DNA of 52,856 bases from assembly GCA_040437565.1 (NCBI GenBank), contig JBDOQK010000089.1, positions 1 through 52,856 on the forward strand, in the 5' to 3' direction. The translations under genes and the position numbers were made by a program. The notes below the pieces were generated by a model. That model had not been told where the DNA came from. It ran no database searches and worked only from the letters and a program-made list of their open reading frames with translations. Position 1 is the first letter of the stretch. Each line of letters opens with the position of its first letter. This DNA is from Albugo candida. Lineage: Eukaryota. Shown here piece by piece: positions 36,398 to 49,299 of the stretch.

Positions 36398-39300
36398 TGT
36401 GTTATGCGTATCTTTTAGAGACAACAGCTAACGTGTTTAACGTTACTGGCGATAAGAGATCTTAATAAAAAATGCACGCACTTCACATTCTTTCGAATAT
36501 TAAGTTACAGCAGATTTCGAGCAATAGTAGAAACGAATCTGGCGGTAAGAAGCACACAGGATATCAAAGTAAACAGTGTAGTTTATTACTTTAGAGGGAT
36601 TTGTAAAGAATAGCCTTTATAGTTGAAGCTGAGGCGGTGCCTCAAGTTCAAGACATGAGCACAACGAGAATATTTATGCCAAGCTGAATAAGATAGCATC
36701 CGAATCCGAAAAAAGAAGAAAAAAATTCGTAAGTTGGATCCATCTGGACCCTTCACAGGAGAGATAACGAAAGATCGAGTTTGACGGAGGACGGGGTACT
36801 GCGAGATGGTGGGTATTTCAGGAAAGGATAAAATTTACCATGCGCCACAACTTCCCAGACACCCGATATACAAAATAGAGACGGTATCCGCTTGCATAGA
36901 GATATGGAAAAAAGTATAAATCTTGAATTTGGAGATGGAATAATCTGCAATGGAAAATAGAATCAGATAGGATAAACTACTTCGGGAAGCATGAGAGCCG
37001 GATAACGTGCACTTAGCAAGTATTGTAGCAGATATGAGCAAGCTAGATCTGGATTTTTGCCTAGCCGATGCAAGCTCCAAATTTTCGATATGAGAAACCA
37101 GATATATCGGGTATCGGATCAGCACGTTCTGCAGGAGTATGTGGAACATGTGGATACGAAAAAAATTGTCCAGTGGATGGTGATTGCGTTGGAGCCACCA
37201 CTTTCATACTGAAAATCGTTTAAAAGCTTGGGAATGGACGTTCACAAGAGAATGGAGAAGAATCCCGTAGTCTTATGTAAACGGTGCCAAGAATTATTGA
37301 AAGTCTTCATGGAGTTGAAACCAGTATCAACATAAAACAGCATGGCACACAGGGAGAGTGAAGTGAAAGATATTGAGACGACCAAGTTTGTACTATGCTC
37401 GAATTATCCGAAAAGTAAAGATAGGAAGTCTTGGAGGGCTGGCTCAAAGAGTAAACATCGTTTCAAGTGCTTTAAGTGCGATATTACGGAGCACTCCGTT
37501 CAAAACTGTATGCCTTGTGCACCAGCAGTGACCGAAAGATTGATAAAACAAAGGAGATTTGAAGCGGAAAGAAAAATGAAAAAATCCGTTGAACGCAAAA
37601 GCAGTGGAGAGGTCATGACAACGTGCATGGGATCGCTAATATCGATAATCTATTGCATTCAAGATCGGATTTTGGATGATGTCCGTTGGCCTCGTAAAGG
37701 TGCTTTTGGCTGCGAAATCTTCAGATAAAAGATTGAAAAGTGCCATTGAAGATAGTCATCGTGGGGAAGACGCCACTATGGCTTAAACGAAGTGTCGTTT
37801 TTGTTTAAGTGGAGTTCACTACAAATGGAGGCCACCCGTATGGCAGAATCTGGAGGCCATGGTAATTGAAGAAGATGTATCACTCTCGTTACTCATGGTC
37901 AGAAATTTGATGGAAACTAGAGGGTACTCGGTAAAGGCGATTTTGCAAGAAGCAAGAGAAAAGAAAACAATCTGAGATCCGTCCGTTGACGAAAAGCTAC
38001 AAGTACAGACTCCCGTCAGTAAGTCTTTAAAGCTGAGAGAAAAGTCTGAATAAAGACCAAGATGATACTATGAACGAAGCAGAACATTGTCTTTCAGCCC
38101 GGAAGTGACGTACAGAAACTCTTCAAGAAACGGTTAATACCATATTGTAGGGAAAGGTGACTAAAGCTCAGAAAACAAGAGCCACAGTGGAGTCAGTTGA
38201 CCGTCTAAATAATCTTTTTATCAAACATGGGGTCGTATTTCGATTGGAATTTGCTGCAGAACCTCCTGTCAAAGTTCCACCATTGAAAGTCATTCTAAAG
38301 TAAAGAATGAAACCAGTCATTGCAAAGTCGAGGCATTATCCACCACTTGATGGAGAGTACATGGATAAAAATCTCGCGGACCTGATAAGAACGATTTGAT
38401 TTATCGTAATTCGGGTTCTCGATGGGGTAGTCTTCCGCGTATTATAGCGAAAGAAGGAAGCCGGATCTTACCGTATGACAGTAGACCTAAGGGAATAAAT
38501 GAATTGATGGATCCAATGGCATAGCCCATGCGGCACCTCGAATCAATTTTGGCAAATTTGGAGGGCGTGAGATGCTAGTTTTTTGCATTGTTTTCGATTC
38601 TACTGGCAGCAACCGTTACATACGAATAGCCGAAATTATTTTACTATGGTGACACCAGATGGCTTGTTAGGAAAACTGAGTTATTCTGGGATCGACCGAT
38701 GCGATTGGTTATGAACAACAAGCGGTAGAACAAGTCATGAAGTCTGTTTTGGTAGAAGGTGTGGAGTTTTATTTAATTGATGTCTTGGGATATGATGAGA
38801 CAGAGAGGACATTGCTTCATAAACTTGAGGTGGTCATACAAACATGCCGGGACTTTGGAGTTAAACTACATCCGGAGAAATGCAGTTTTGTCTGGTACAC
38901 CGTATGATGTGAAGCAAATATTTCAAAGCGGAGATAAGCCATTGCAGGATTCGTAAACAAGGCTTGTGGGAACTTGCACCTTCAGAACTAGAACTACAAC
39001 GGTTGTTTGTGCCGTAAACTGGATGCGAACAACATTCAAAATTATACGAAGCTTGTAAGAGATCCGCAGGACGTTCTATGCAGGAAGGAGAAAGAAATAG
39101 ATCTCATGACCGTGTTGCTACGGGAGCATGGATGGAGTTCGAAGCAGGATGAATTTTTACAAATGATTAAAGGATTTCCGACTGAATTAGTGCCCATGCC
39201 ACATCTAAAAGATGCATGTGACCTGTTTCTGTATACAAATGCATCTCAAAATCATTGGGGGCTATCAGTAGTAAAGTAGCATCAGGTGAATTATCAAAGC

Positions 39301-41382
39301 TCAGAGGAGAGCAAGATTATTTCCCCCCCCCCCTTTTTCAAAAGCAGGTCGTTCAAAGCATCTATGTTGGAATCGGCGAAGATTGAGAAAGAAGCGTTTT
39401 CGATAATGGAGATATGCATGCTGATGGAATACTTTTTGCTGCGAAAAAAAAAGTTCCACTTATCACCGACCATCGAAATCTGTCACTCATATTCGACCCA
39501 AGGAGTGGTGATAATGCGATTTTTCGATACAGAGCCGAGAAACGCCAACGATAGTCAATGGTTTTAGAGATGTGTCGCTATACTGTACAGCATGTGGCCG
39601 GATTCGAAATACATAGAGTGATTTGCTGTCACGGTGAAGTCACTTTACTTATCACAAACGACGCGTGTCAGTTGTCAATAATGTGTCACCTCTAGGACAA
39701 ACGGATTTTCAATGGCCTTCATTGAAGGAAATCAGAGAATATTTAATACAAGGCACTTGCGGGGCAAGCAGCCACAAACTACACCAAGGATGAGTTTAGA
39801 TTATCTATGAGGATCCACAGGGACGTATATGGATACCAGATCATGATGGGGATCTACAGCAAGGCTCTGTGCCATTGCCCATGCGGGTGCAGCAGATCAT
39901 CGTCGAAGTGAAAACATCTATGACATTCTGGCGGCACATATGGTATGGCAAAGCATGAAAAAACACGTGCACAAGTTCGTCAGCAATTTTCACACTGTTT
40001 GGTGGTTCAGGGTGAGCAATGTTCACGTCGGTAAGACGAAACACTACGGGCGGCAAAACCGTATGAAATTTTGCATTTCGACTACCCATCTATGCCAAAA
40101 GATTTGAATAGTTTGCGTTACGTCCGTGTGTTGAAGGATGGGATGAGCGGGTTCTAAGAATTCATCTCGAAAACCGTTGCCAGAATGGCAGTTACCGTCA
40201 ACGCTTTAATGAATTGGTTAAAGCGTTACGGTGTGATATCATTGCTGGTATCCGATTTAGGATCTCATCCCAAAAATGAAATGGTGGAGAGGTTACGCAA
40301 GATTCTCGATGCAATGCGCAGCATCATTTCATTACTGCCCATTGTACATGGGCAAACGAATCTGCGGAAGTACTAAACAGGGTAATTCTGAAGGCGATGC
40401 GGTCACTTTCACGCGAGAAACAAATACGATTGGACAATAGCCGCAGTTCTGCCACTGTGTCAGTCGAGCATGAACCACTACCTTCGAGTTGACTTGGTGG
40501 GGTTTCCGCACTGATGGATTTTACTGCGCTCTTTTCACGGGATCCTATCAGTATCATCCATCAGCCAGCTGGGCGGAAAGGGATGTCGTCGTTTACAGAT
40601 CATAAAACCAATGACAAAGAACAAAAACACATGCAAGAGCTTCAGCAAACATCCGCCGCTATACACCAACAAGTGCCGGATACGGCGAGGAAGAAGAAAG
40701 AAGCGGGACGAAGCCAAAACAGAACAAATTTGGTGCGCAACGTAAATTTGGAAATCTTGGCGACTTTGTCTCGTCTGGAAATGTCACTTGACGCGAAAAC
40801 AAGTTAAATCTCGATTAAGAGCCCTTAACGGGTGGTGGCTACGATCAATAGATAGACAAATGACATACAGGAACTTATCGCTTAGTTTGCCCTCTTCACG
40901 CGAGATATCAAGCGTTCAAGATTTTCAGGAAATAATATCTCTGGTTTACCCAAGATTTGCGGGATTACGCAACATATGCAAATGGTCGGCCTTTGGTTTA
41001 TCGCTTTTCAGACTGCAAAATGAACTTCGATACGAATCAATGAAAGGTTTTGGTCGAACGGCGGGGCTTGGGCAAAGCCTATAATAGCTGGGAGCCTGCG
41101 CGAATACCCTTGGAAGATGTGCCGCTAATATTGGCGCGTTGAGTACGTACCGAGGCTAAGGCGGAAGGCATGCGAATGTTCGTTCTCAATGAAACTTAAA
41201 GCAAGAGAAGAAAATGATGTGGGTTATGTGTATACTTGACAGACAAAAAGTAAGGTATCTAACGTAACTAGCGGTCAAAGATCTTAATACATGCACTTCA
41301 CATTTTTCTGAATACTAGGTCAAAGCGTATTCACGAGCAATAGTAGAAGGGAATCTGCTAGTAGGAAGTACAGAGAATATCA
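36398..41382 (+). mobile_element. Degenerate Ty3/Gypsy LTR retrotransposon with C-terminal chromodomain-like segment
   Basis: Diverged direct repeats at about 36398-36566 and 41218-41382, both ending ATATCA, with a purine-rich tract before the second. Gag knuckle CFKCDITEHSVQNC, RT scraps (YRMTVDL, GVKLHPEKC), RNase H (LFLYTNASQNHWG, IEKEAF), integrase (KDGMSGF, VSDLGSH), chromodomain-like VLVERRGLGKAYNSWEPA..LEDVP at about 41045-41125. No clear TSD. Confidence 0.88.
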
Positions 41383-44300
41383 ATATAAGCGATCATTGAA
41401 ATACGCGGAAAATGCATGTTTGTGTACCACCAGTGTCAAGTCTGATGTACAATTATCTTTTTCATAGCTTTGTTCTAGTACTTATAACAAGTATATCGGA
41501 TGCATCGTCGTGTTCTGCATTCATCTATCTAGTATTTGGGAAATCCATCCTAACCTTCGCTTTCCTATTTGGACGCGATCGAAGGAATGTAACGTAGGTA
41601 CAGTGCGACAAGTACATCAATATGGAGATGGTTCATGGTAAGGAAGTATTAAAGACAAATACGGCTTAGTCGAATAGTTTCTATCATATTTTGTGATCCA
41701 GATCGTCATGACATTTCCGTAATAAACGACAGTCATAATTAGGTCGGGAAACCATATTTGGATTCTCAGAATTCTGTACAAATCTAGCTTTTGCTCGAGG
41801 ATCGATTCAGTACCGATGGAGAATGTACAGGCTCACAAGTACGTGAAAGACATCGTAATTTTCGAATAGTTTGGTTTATTCAATGAAGAACATGAAAAGG
41901 TCAGAAAGAATGCTAAAAAATGAAAGTCGCTCACTGGTGATAAGAGAAGAGGAGAACTATAGGTATATTGCACACGAAATGGTCTAGTCTGGTTGGACGT
42001 TTACGCATTTCTTACTATATATATTTCAGCTGTAGTATTGTTCATACCGATAACACGAGCCTAAATTAAAAGAACATAGACCTATGAAATCTCGATCACT
42101 TTTGTGGAGGATTGAAAAATGTTAGCAAACTTTGTTGCATGGTCCCAATTCGGCCTCGAAAAGCAACACTGTTAGCTCATAAGTGCACCAGTTTTAGGTT
42201 CGTTCAATTAATGTAAAATATAGTATTTTTGGAGACTAGGCATCGAAAAGACTTGAGTTAAAAGACGCTTGCCTTCTCGAGCATCAATTAAAAAAAAAGT
42301 CAGAATGCAAGACGGTACCTCAAAGCATTTCTCTTACGGGCAGAAGACATGAGACGAACTTAAAAATGAAAGCTCAAGCCTTTCAAAAGCTAATAAAGCA
42401 ATATAATAGCCTAGAAACATGCCTATGAGTAATGAATTTGGTCTTAGAAAGCGGGGGCTCGCCATAATTCTTCTTGACTTCGTTTTCTTGTCTTCATCTT
42501 TTCATGTTTGCTGATTTTCAACCTCCCCTTGCAATTTACTACCCTGACCTTTAGCATTACTCGCAAAAGTGAATCTGCTGTACCTACATGTAATCGAACT
42601 TTTGCTTTCTAAGGAGATATACAAGGTTTTGCCTACACTCATAACAAGCTCGTAGAAAGCTATTCTTTTTCGAAACACCCATCATTCAGAAGCTCTGGGT
42701 GAGGGCAGATTTTATGGTAGAAAACTTTATATCACAAGGCTACACAACCATTACCATCTACAAGAAGATAATAGAGAGAGCACTAGCCTGACAAGATGTT
42801 TCGTTGAAGATGGCAAAATTGCATTCCTAATACTAAGCTCAAATAGCGATAGCTTGTAAAAATGCCGCTGTTGGTCAGGAGGATTGCTTTATCTCTTAAC
42901 TTCTATGTAGATTCAGATCCAAAGATAAAGCAGTGCGAAATGGTGGATGTATAGAAATTGTCAGCTTGTGTTGTAACCACATTAATTTTGTCGTGTGACG
43001 TAGACTCGATGTATAGCGAACGCTTTGTTACTTCGCAAGAAATGTTATTGCTAGGATCTAGCAAATCTTGCCTCGTATTTTTTCACCTGTTTCAATACAT
43101 CGTCAAGCTTCCTGCTAATATAGTTCAGAAGATATGGAGTTTCCTGTTAGGAAAGCAGTGAACGCATGTCCACATTCTTCTCTGCATATTGCTTTAAATT
43201 GGATCTCTCAGGTATACTCGTATACAGATATTTCTGCTTGATTCCACCCGTCTGCTCTTTTGCGTTTCAACTTGCACCCAAGCTTTTTAATTTCAAGACT
43301 ATTCGTGTTGATCCAAAACGACCAATGCAGTAGTCGTAGTAGTATTTGTAGGTTTTGTTGGTCTTTTCGTCGTTTACATCCATCCAAAAAGAAGGCGTTT
43401 TGGACGATTCTGCGATTGTGACTACGTTTCACTTGAATGTTGCATTGGAGCAACCGTTCACCTGTTAAGGAGGGAAAATAGGTTTATATGCTACAGGTGA
43501 TACGGTGGATAGAGTTGGCACATGTAACAATGGAGGTACACATTATTTCAGAGACGAAAGTGTTAGCCTTGTTATGTATGTGCTACATTAATAGCTGTGA
43601 TTGTAGAAAGACGGCATTAGGCACTTGTTGCAATACAGGTAGAAGTAAAGTGAAATATGTTTAGTGTTCATCCTGTTTTGTCCCCACTACGGCATGCATG
43701 TTGGATCGGCACTCCAAATTGAACATTTCAAGCTGCATATGGCTTTAGCCTGGTTCCTCCATCATCTTTCGATGGTCCTACTTGGCGACAGTCTGCCCCG
43801 TCCCATGTAAGTGAGGTCAGACTTTACCTGTTTTTGATCTTGAATTGAAGATCCAACCTCAAGACCAATGACAGGAAAAATCATGAACGGCCTTCAACTT
43901 AAAACGACATTATTCGCTTTTTTGCCTGCGGAACAACCCATCCAGCCCTTGCTGATTCGTTTTGGTACTGGCTCAAATCTCGCACGTCCGTCTTCCCAAG
44001 CAATTTCTATTGTTTATTTTACTCCATTCACTTATGCTCAATCCGCATTCGTTTTTTTCACATGATTTTCACCACACATACTCAATGCATTTTATTATTT
44101 CCGTTTTGTCTGCTGTTTTTCTTTCACGTGGAAATTAAGAAGAGCAGTAATCACCTCTTCTTTTGACGGACATTTTACAGAACGCTACTTCTTTCCACGG
44201 AAATAAATTTTGTCCTAACTACAGATTGAATTAATTCCTCATTTTCAAATTGTTGGTCATGGTGCATCAGAATTNNNNNNNNNNNNNNNNNNNNNNNNNN

Positions 44301-44588
44301 NNNNNNNNNNNNNNNNNNNNNNNNNNNNNNNNNNNNNNNNNNNNNNNNNNNNNNNNNNNNNNNNNNNNNNNNNNGCATTCGTTTTTTTCACATGATTTTC
44401 ACCACACATACTCAATGCATTTTATTATTTCCGTTTTGTCTGCTGTTTTTCTTTCACGTGGAAATTAAGAAGAGCAGTAATCACCTCTTCTTTTGACGGA
44501 CATTTTACAGAACGCTACTTCTTTCCACGGAAATAAATTTTGTCCTAACTACAGATTGAATTAATTCCTCATTTTCAAATTGTTGGTC

Positions 44589-46368
44589 ATGGTGCATCAG
44601 AATTGGCTCCTCTTTTTGTTTGCGTCGCTACTAAACTCAATTACTGGTGCGAACGACGGATTAATAATCACCGCTACATTGACACAAAATAGTGATCTAG
44701 ACAAGTGTCATTCCTGTCTGACAGATATTGCAGGTGTGGATCGACTTTCAGTTGCTTCTGATCCCACGCACGACCCGAATCACTAATGGACAACAGTACA
44801 GGTCCACGCGTCTGGTCATGCTTATTCTTTTATAGGAGCTAAACGTGATTGTCGAAGTGACCTTATATGCGGCTTCATCACAATGGAAGCTCTTGAGCCG
44901 GCGACCATCGCGCAAAATACATATATGCCTGCCAAGATGGTAGGTTCACCACAAACGGTGTGCGTTCTCACAGATGTGCAAACAAGTTTTGACTGTGGCG
45001 TCTATCTCAAAATGACAAGCGGCTCTTCAAGCATACAATAATTCCAACTGATAACCACGTCCACACAGGAGCTCTATTTGCATGTGCTATACACACAGCT
45101 ATTGGATAATTTCACTCCATGCAAAGACTCCGGCGTTTGTACCGGATCCGATATTGAAATGTCTGATGGTGCTTACAATTTTCTTATCAGAAACTTATCC
45201 ATCTCTGATTTCAACGAACCTGCGAACAATGCTGTACTCAGAATGGATGATGTTCGATCAAGGAATGCATTGTATCACAGTATCAAACCGATATATGAGA
45301 GTTTTGAATGGAGTTCAAAATGCTATCAAGTTTCCGCGAAAATCGAGCAAAAGACAGATTGCCTTAATTGCATAGCGCGAGAATCATCTGGTATTGCTGT
45401 AGTGTTCAATGTGGGCACCTTCAAGAACGAGTCAGGAAAACGTGTCAACAACTTATTTCTCTTGTATATGAAAAAGGTGATGATTTTTCCACATACTGCG
45501 CAGTGTTATGTGAATCGATATGCCTCAGAGAGAAAAAACGATTTTGTAAAAGCATATTATGAGGCCATTGTCTTTTCAACCTCTCTCGGCAAATCGTACC
45601 ACAATATGCCAATGCGGTATTTTAAACCTGGAGAAATGGTTCCGGACAATTTTCCTCTACCTCAAACTTCGAAATAATTGTGGGTAGAACACGAGCGAGA
45701 CTATAGTCAGTTCTGCCAGTCTTTCATGAAGTCAATATATAAAGCAAACCGGCGAACACTGTCACCGATTGACTTTATAGCTTTATTGACAACAGAATGG
45801 AACATGCCTAACGTTCGCAACGCATTTCATCGGATCTCATCCGGAACAAAGGTTGTTCAAAAAGCTGACGATAATTCCTGACCAATTCTGTCGCTCTTTC
45901 GAAACAGCACCTCATCATCCAAGAGCTACGACCAAGTCACATACATTTGCAGCGAACAACTTCCCTTTTGTTCGGATTATGAGGCCAAAAAATCCAATTT
46001 TGAAATGCTTCACTTGTCTCACGTCTATATTGGATATTTTGATTACAAATTCAAACGTCTTCTGGATGTTGGGTGCTCCAAGAAAAGCTGCTTGTTTTTT
46101 GGAGTGTGGAGGTTTAGGAGCGGGTACATCACAACAGTTGGATCTCTCTTCAACTCGACCGATGTCTTCGGATTCAATCAGAGCACGGTTCAATTTGATG
46201 AAGGTTGAGGACAGTCACTCATCTGCTGGCAATTATGGAAATTATGGTACCGAGAGTCAAAATAGGGATAAGGATCAAGCGGCATAGAATGAAGGAGCCG
46301 AGCCGGATGTAAGTGCAAACAATTTTCTTTTTATGAATACGCTTAGGGACGCGAATATGCTCAAATAG
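44589..46368 (+). pseudogene. CCG/CHxC effector pseudogene (copy 6, closest paralogue of copy 1)
   Basis: MVHQNWLLFLFASLLNSITGA..DKCHSCLTDIAG. Premature stops at 44784, 45675 and 46285, plus frameshifts near 45440-45520 and 45800-45850. Collinear with copy 1 to NMLK* at 46368. Confidence 0.92.
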
Positions 46369-46729
46369 GCGTCAACCTATTGGAGACTCATCTATAAGAT
46401 CGATGCCCATTAGGTCATTTGTAGTATTATACCGGAAATAAGCATAAATTGGAAAAATCCTCTGACCATCTCGCAGCATCTAGTCCTTGAATAATATTAG
46501 GGGAGTATTTGAATGAACTAATGCATCGACAACTTTGGCTTTTGGCTTGTGCCATGTTGCTTGAGCTCTTAGGAGGATGAGACAGCGGCATCTTACAAGA
46601 ATCGAGGAGATTCCGATGTTTGATGTCTTGCATTCAATTTGATGAAAGCCATTTTTACTTCTCGCAGAAATGAATGGTCTGTATCAAAACAGACATTCGC
46701 ACGACCTCTTGTACTATCGAAAGTCAAAG

Positions 46730-47670
46730 GATGCGACTATTGCCACAGACAAAACATCTCTAATTGGCTGATTCATTTAAAGTAATAGAAATTGATCGAT
46801 ATATTAATGCGTCGACGGAAGATAGATACATAATAATACCTTACACGTTTCCACGTTTTCGCACTTCCTTTCTTCCCCATCTGCTGTTGAGATTAGATGT
46901 ATATCAAAATAATTAAGACCTGAATGTTTCTTTCTTTGTTATCCTAGTTACCTTCCGTGTCCGTTAAATCAACAGTTGCGGCTGACCACATCAAAAGTCG
47001 CAAATTTTCACCTCAGTAGTTGCGCTTCTACAACACTCCTTTCCGGTGAGTATCACAAGCTCGCGGAGCTTGCAGATTCGTGGCGCTGGGAGGGTCTTGG
47101 TCAGAATGTCCGCACGCATTTTCTTGGACTCAGAGTACTGCACCTTCATCATCTTCTTTTTCTGCAGATCTTTGACAAACTTGTATCGCAAATCGATGTG
47201 ATTCGCTCGACTGGACGTGTCCTCGCCAATAAATCGCTTGGCAACCTGCATTGTGGCCTTTCCAGACCATCAGCAGGGCTACGACACTCGACGAACTGCG
47301 CTCCCTAAAGAAAGGCCGCGCCAACAAAATGGATCGACGCGATGCAATTAATCTGGGTTTGAATATGTGGAACCCAAGGAAAATTCCAAGAGGGGTTTAT
47401 GCAGATCTTGTAATGTAGCAGGGCACCGCTCGGACTCTAAGAAGTGCAAGAAAAACATCAGATAAGAAATTCCATAATGTATCTTAGGTAGACGCAGTGA
47501 TCATGTTTAGTCTGCGGCAATTGTGAAAACGTGTGTTGGAATAGTGAAAACAATCGATGAATCACACAAATCAGCCAATCACATTCATGTTAAAACATTA
47601 GCCAATCAGTGATGTTTAGTCTGCGGCATTGGTCAAAACGTCTGTGGCAACAGTCACACCTAGAATCAAA
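46730..47670 (-). mobile_element. About 0.9-kb insertion containing a Copia RNase H 3' end, PPT and start of a 3' LTR
   Basis: ORF 46991-47251 reads HIDLRYKFVKD..MRADILTKTLPAP, followed by GGAAAGGAG-TGTTG. Homology to the copy 1 3' flank (about 5040-5110) breaks at about 46730 and resumes at about 47670. Confidence 0.75.
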
Positions 47671-49299
47671 TGAGATGTTTTCAACAACTCTTTTCAACCT
47701 CTTCTCGATCCTGCAATATTTGAAGTATATATTGCTTCAGTGTGCATCAGGTTAGTAATAGCTCACGCCTATATAAGTCAGCCGGGTGAGAGTGCTGCAT
47801 CTTTCGTCTGTCTTCACTCAAAGTAATCATTGTTTTCAACGTTTTTGTGAGCATCCGGCGTGCTATAGTTTTACAGTCTTTTCTCACTAATATGTCATTA
47901 ATACTTTGGATTGCAGCTCGATAGAAAGATCCGATTGTATCTTTGCTGTGCTGCTAGTCGTGGAGTAGTATTCATATGCACGCGTGTTCTTGTCACTCCG
48001 CCGAAAGTTAGAATAGTTTTGTTTTGGCTTAAGTAGATCTTCTTTCAATCCATATTTCGACAGTTGAAAGTGCATCCTGTCATAGCCAGCCCATTTCGAA
48101 TGATGAACCAAGACGCACGATTGGAAAGATAGAACGACCAATGGTAATTGAATGAATAGCAATTGCGAGTCGATGCCAAGTAAGGACGTTGATCATAGGT
48201 CATTTTCAATGTGATAAAATTAAGTAGAATAAAGTCTACTTCTGACATTCGAAATTGGCATTTTCTCTCTATTCTGTAAAGTTCTTTTCCAACTCAGTAC
48301 GGCGTTGAAACAGGCACTTCCTGATTACTCGTGACTTTCGCTCGCGTCGAGGCCATAGACTTTTTGGCTCATAACGTGCTAGATTCTGAGAGTTATGATG
48401 TAAAAGAAGTGGTCGTACGTTTAGTTCCCTCCTATTAGCCTCTCTAACTCTCTCAACGTCCGCTTCCATACTGTCATAAGCGTCTTATATAGCACAGATC
48501 CCTGTGGGTTGACGAAATCTGCATGACGGTACTTACCGACTCCGATTTTTCTTAGGAGGATGGTCAAACTTACAGGAACATAAAGAGCCTTTTGTAAATA
48601 GCCCCTTAAAAGTCATCAAGCATTAATTGGAACAATGCCAAATAGCATTTCATGTGAGACAAGTCAACGAAAGTAGCGAACGTCTGATATGGGCACTATT
48701 TATGTCGAGGCTCGCACACGACGACTAACGATGCAAACTGCGACAAGTAATGCTCTAATTCGTTTAGGTCATTTTCTCTCTCTTTAATAACAAAATCCAT
48801 GTCTTATCTCCACGGATGATGGCCTAGATATACCACACTTTGAGTGAGCGGCGGAGAAAGCGTTGCGCGTTCCTGGAAGATTTTGTACATGACGGGTCTG
48901 TAGGACTGTTTCACCGTACCTTTTCGTGCGGATTTAGGACTGATTTGCACACACACAGTCAACTAAGGCATCGCTTCTCATCGACATACCGCACTGATAA
49001 TATTTAAAGACGTTTGAAGGAGCCTAGGAATGATCAACCGTCTGAAATGAAGTCTTGAAAACTTCCGTAAAAATGAGTGCTCGCGAGATTTAGAAATGAC
49101 TTACATCAGAGCTAACTGTCCATTTTTCGTTTATTCGATGAAATCAAAGAATTGGGAATTTCTGGTGAAAGGAAATTTGTTGATCTTTGACATGAGGTAC
49201 AAGTCAGTAGCCAAGGAGATTGGTGTGTGTCCTACAACGAAACGATAGCAGCCGCCTCAAAAATCGCTAGAAGAAAAAAAGTATCTTGGGCTATTTATA

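Noticed and set aside
42450-43860. Possible retroelement gag remnant on the minus strand (CYEC near 42640)
   Set aside because: Incomplete zinc knuckle and no supporting domains recognised.
44045-44274. Apparent seventh CCG start (MVHQN) before the gap
   Set aside because: It is the artefactual duplicate of 44375-44604.
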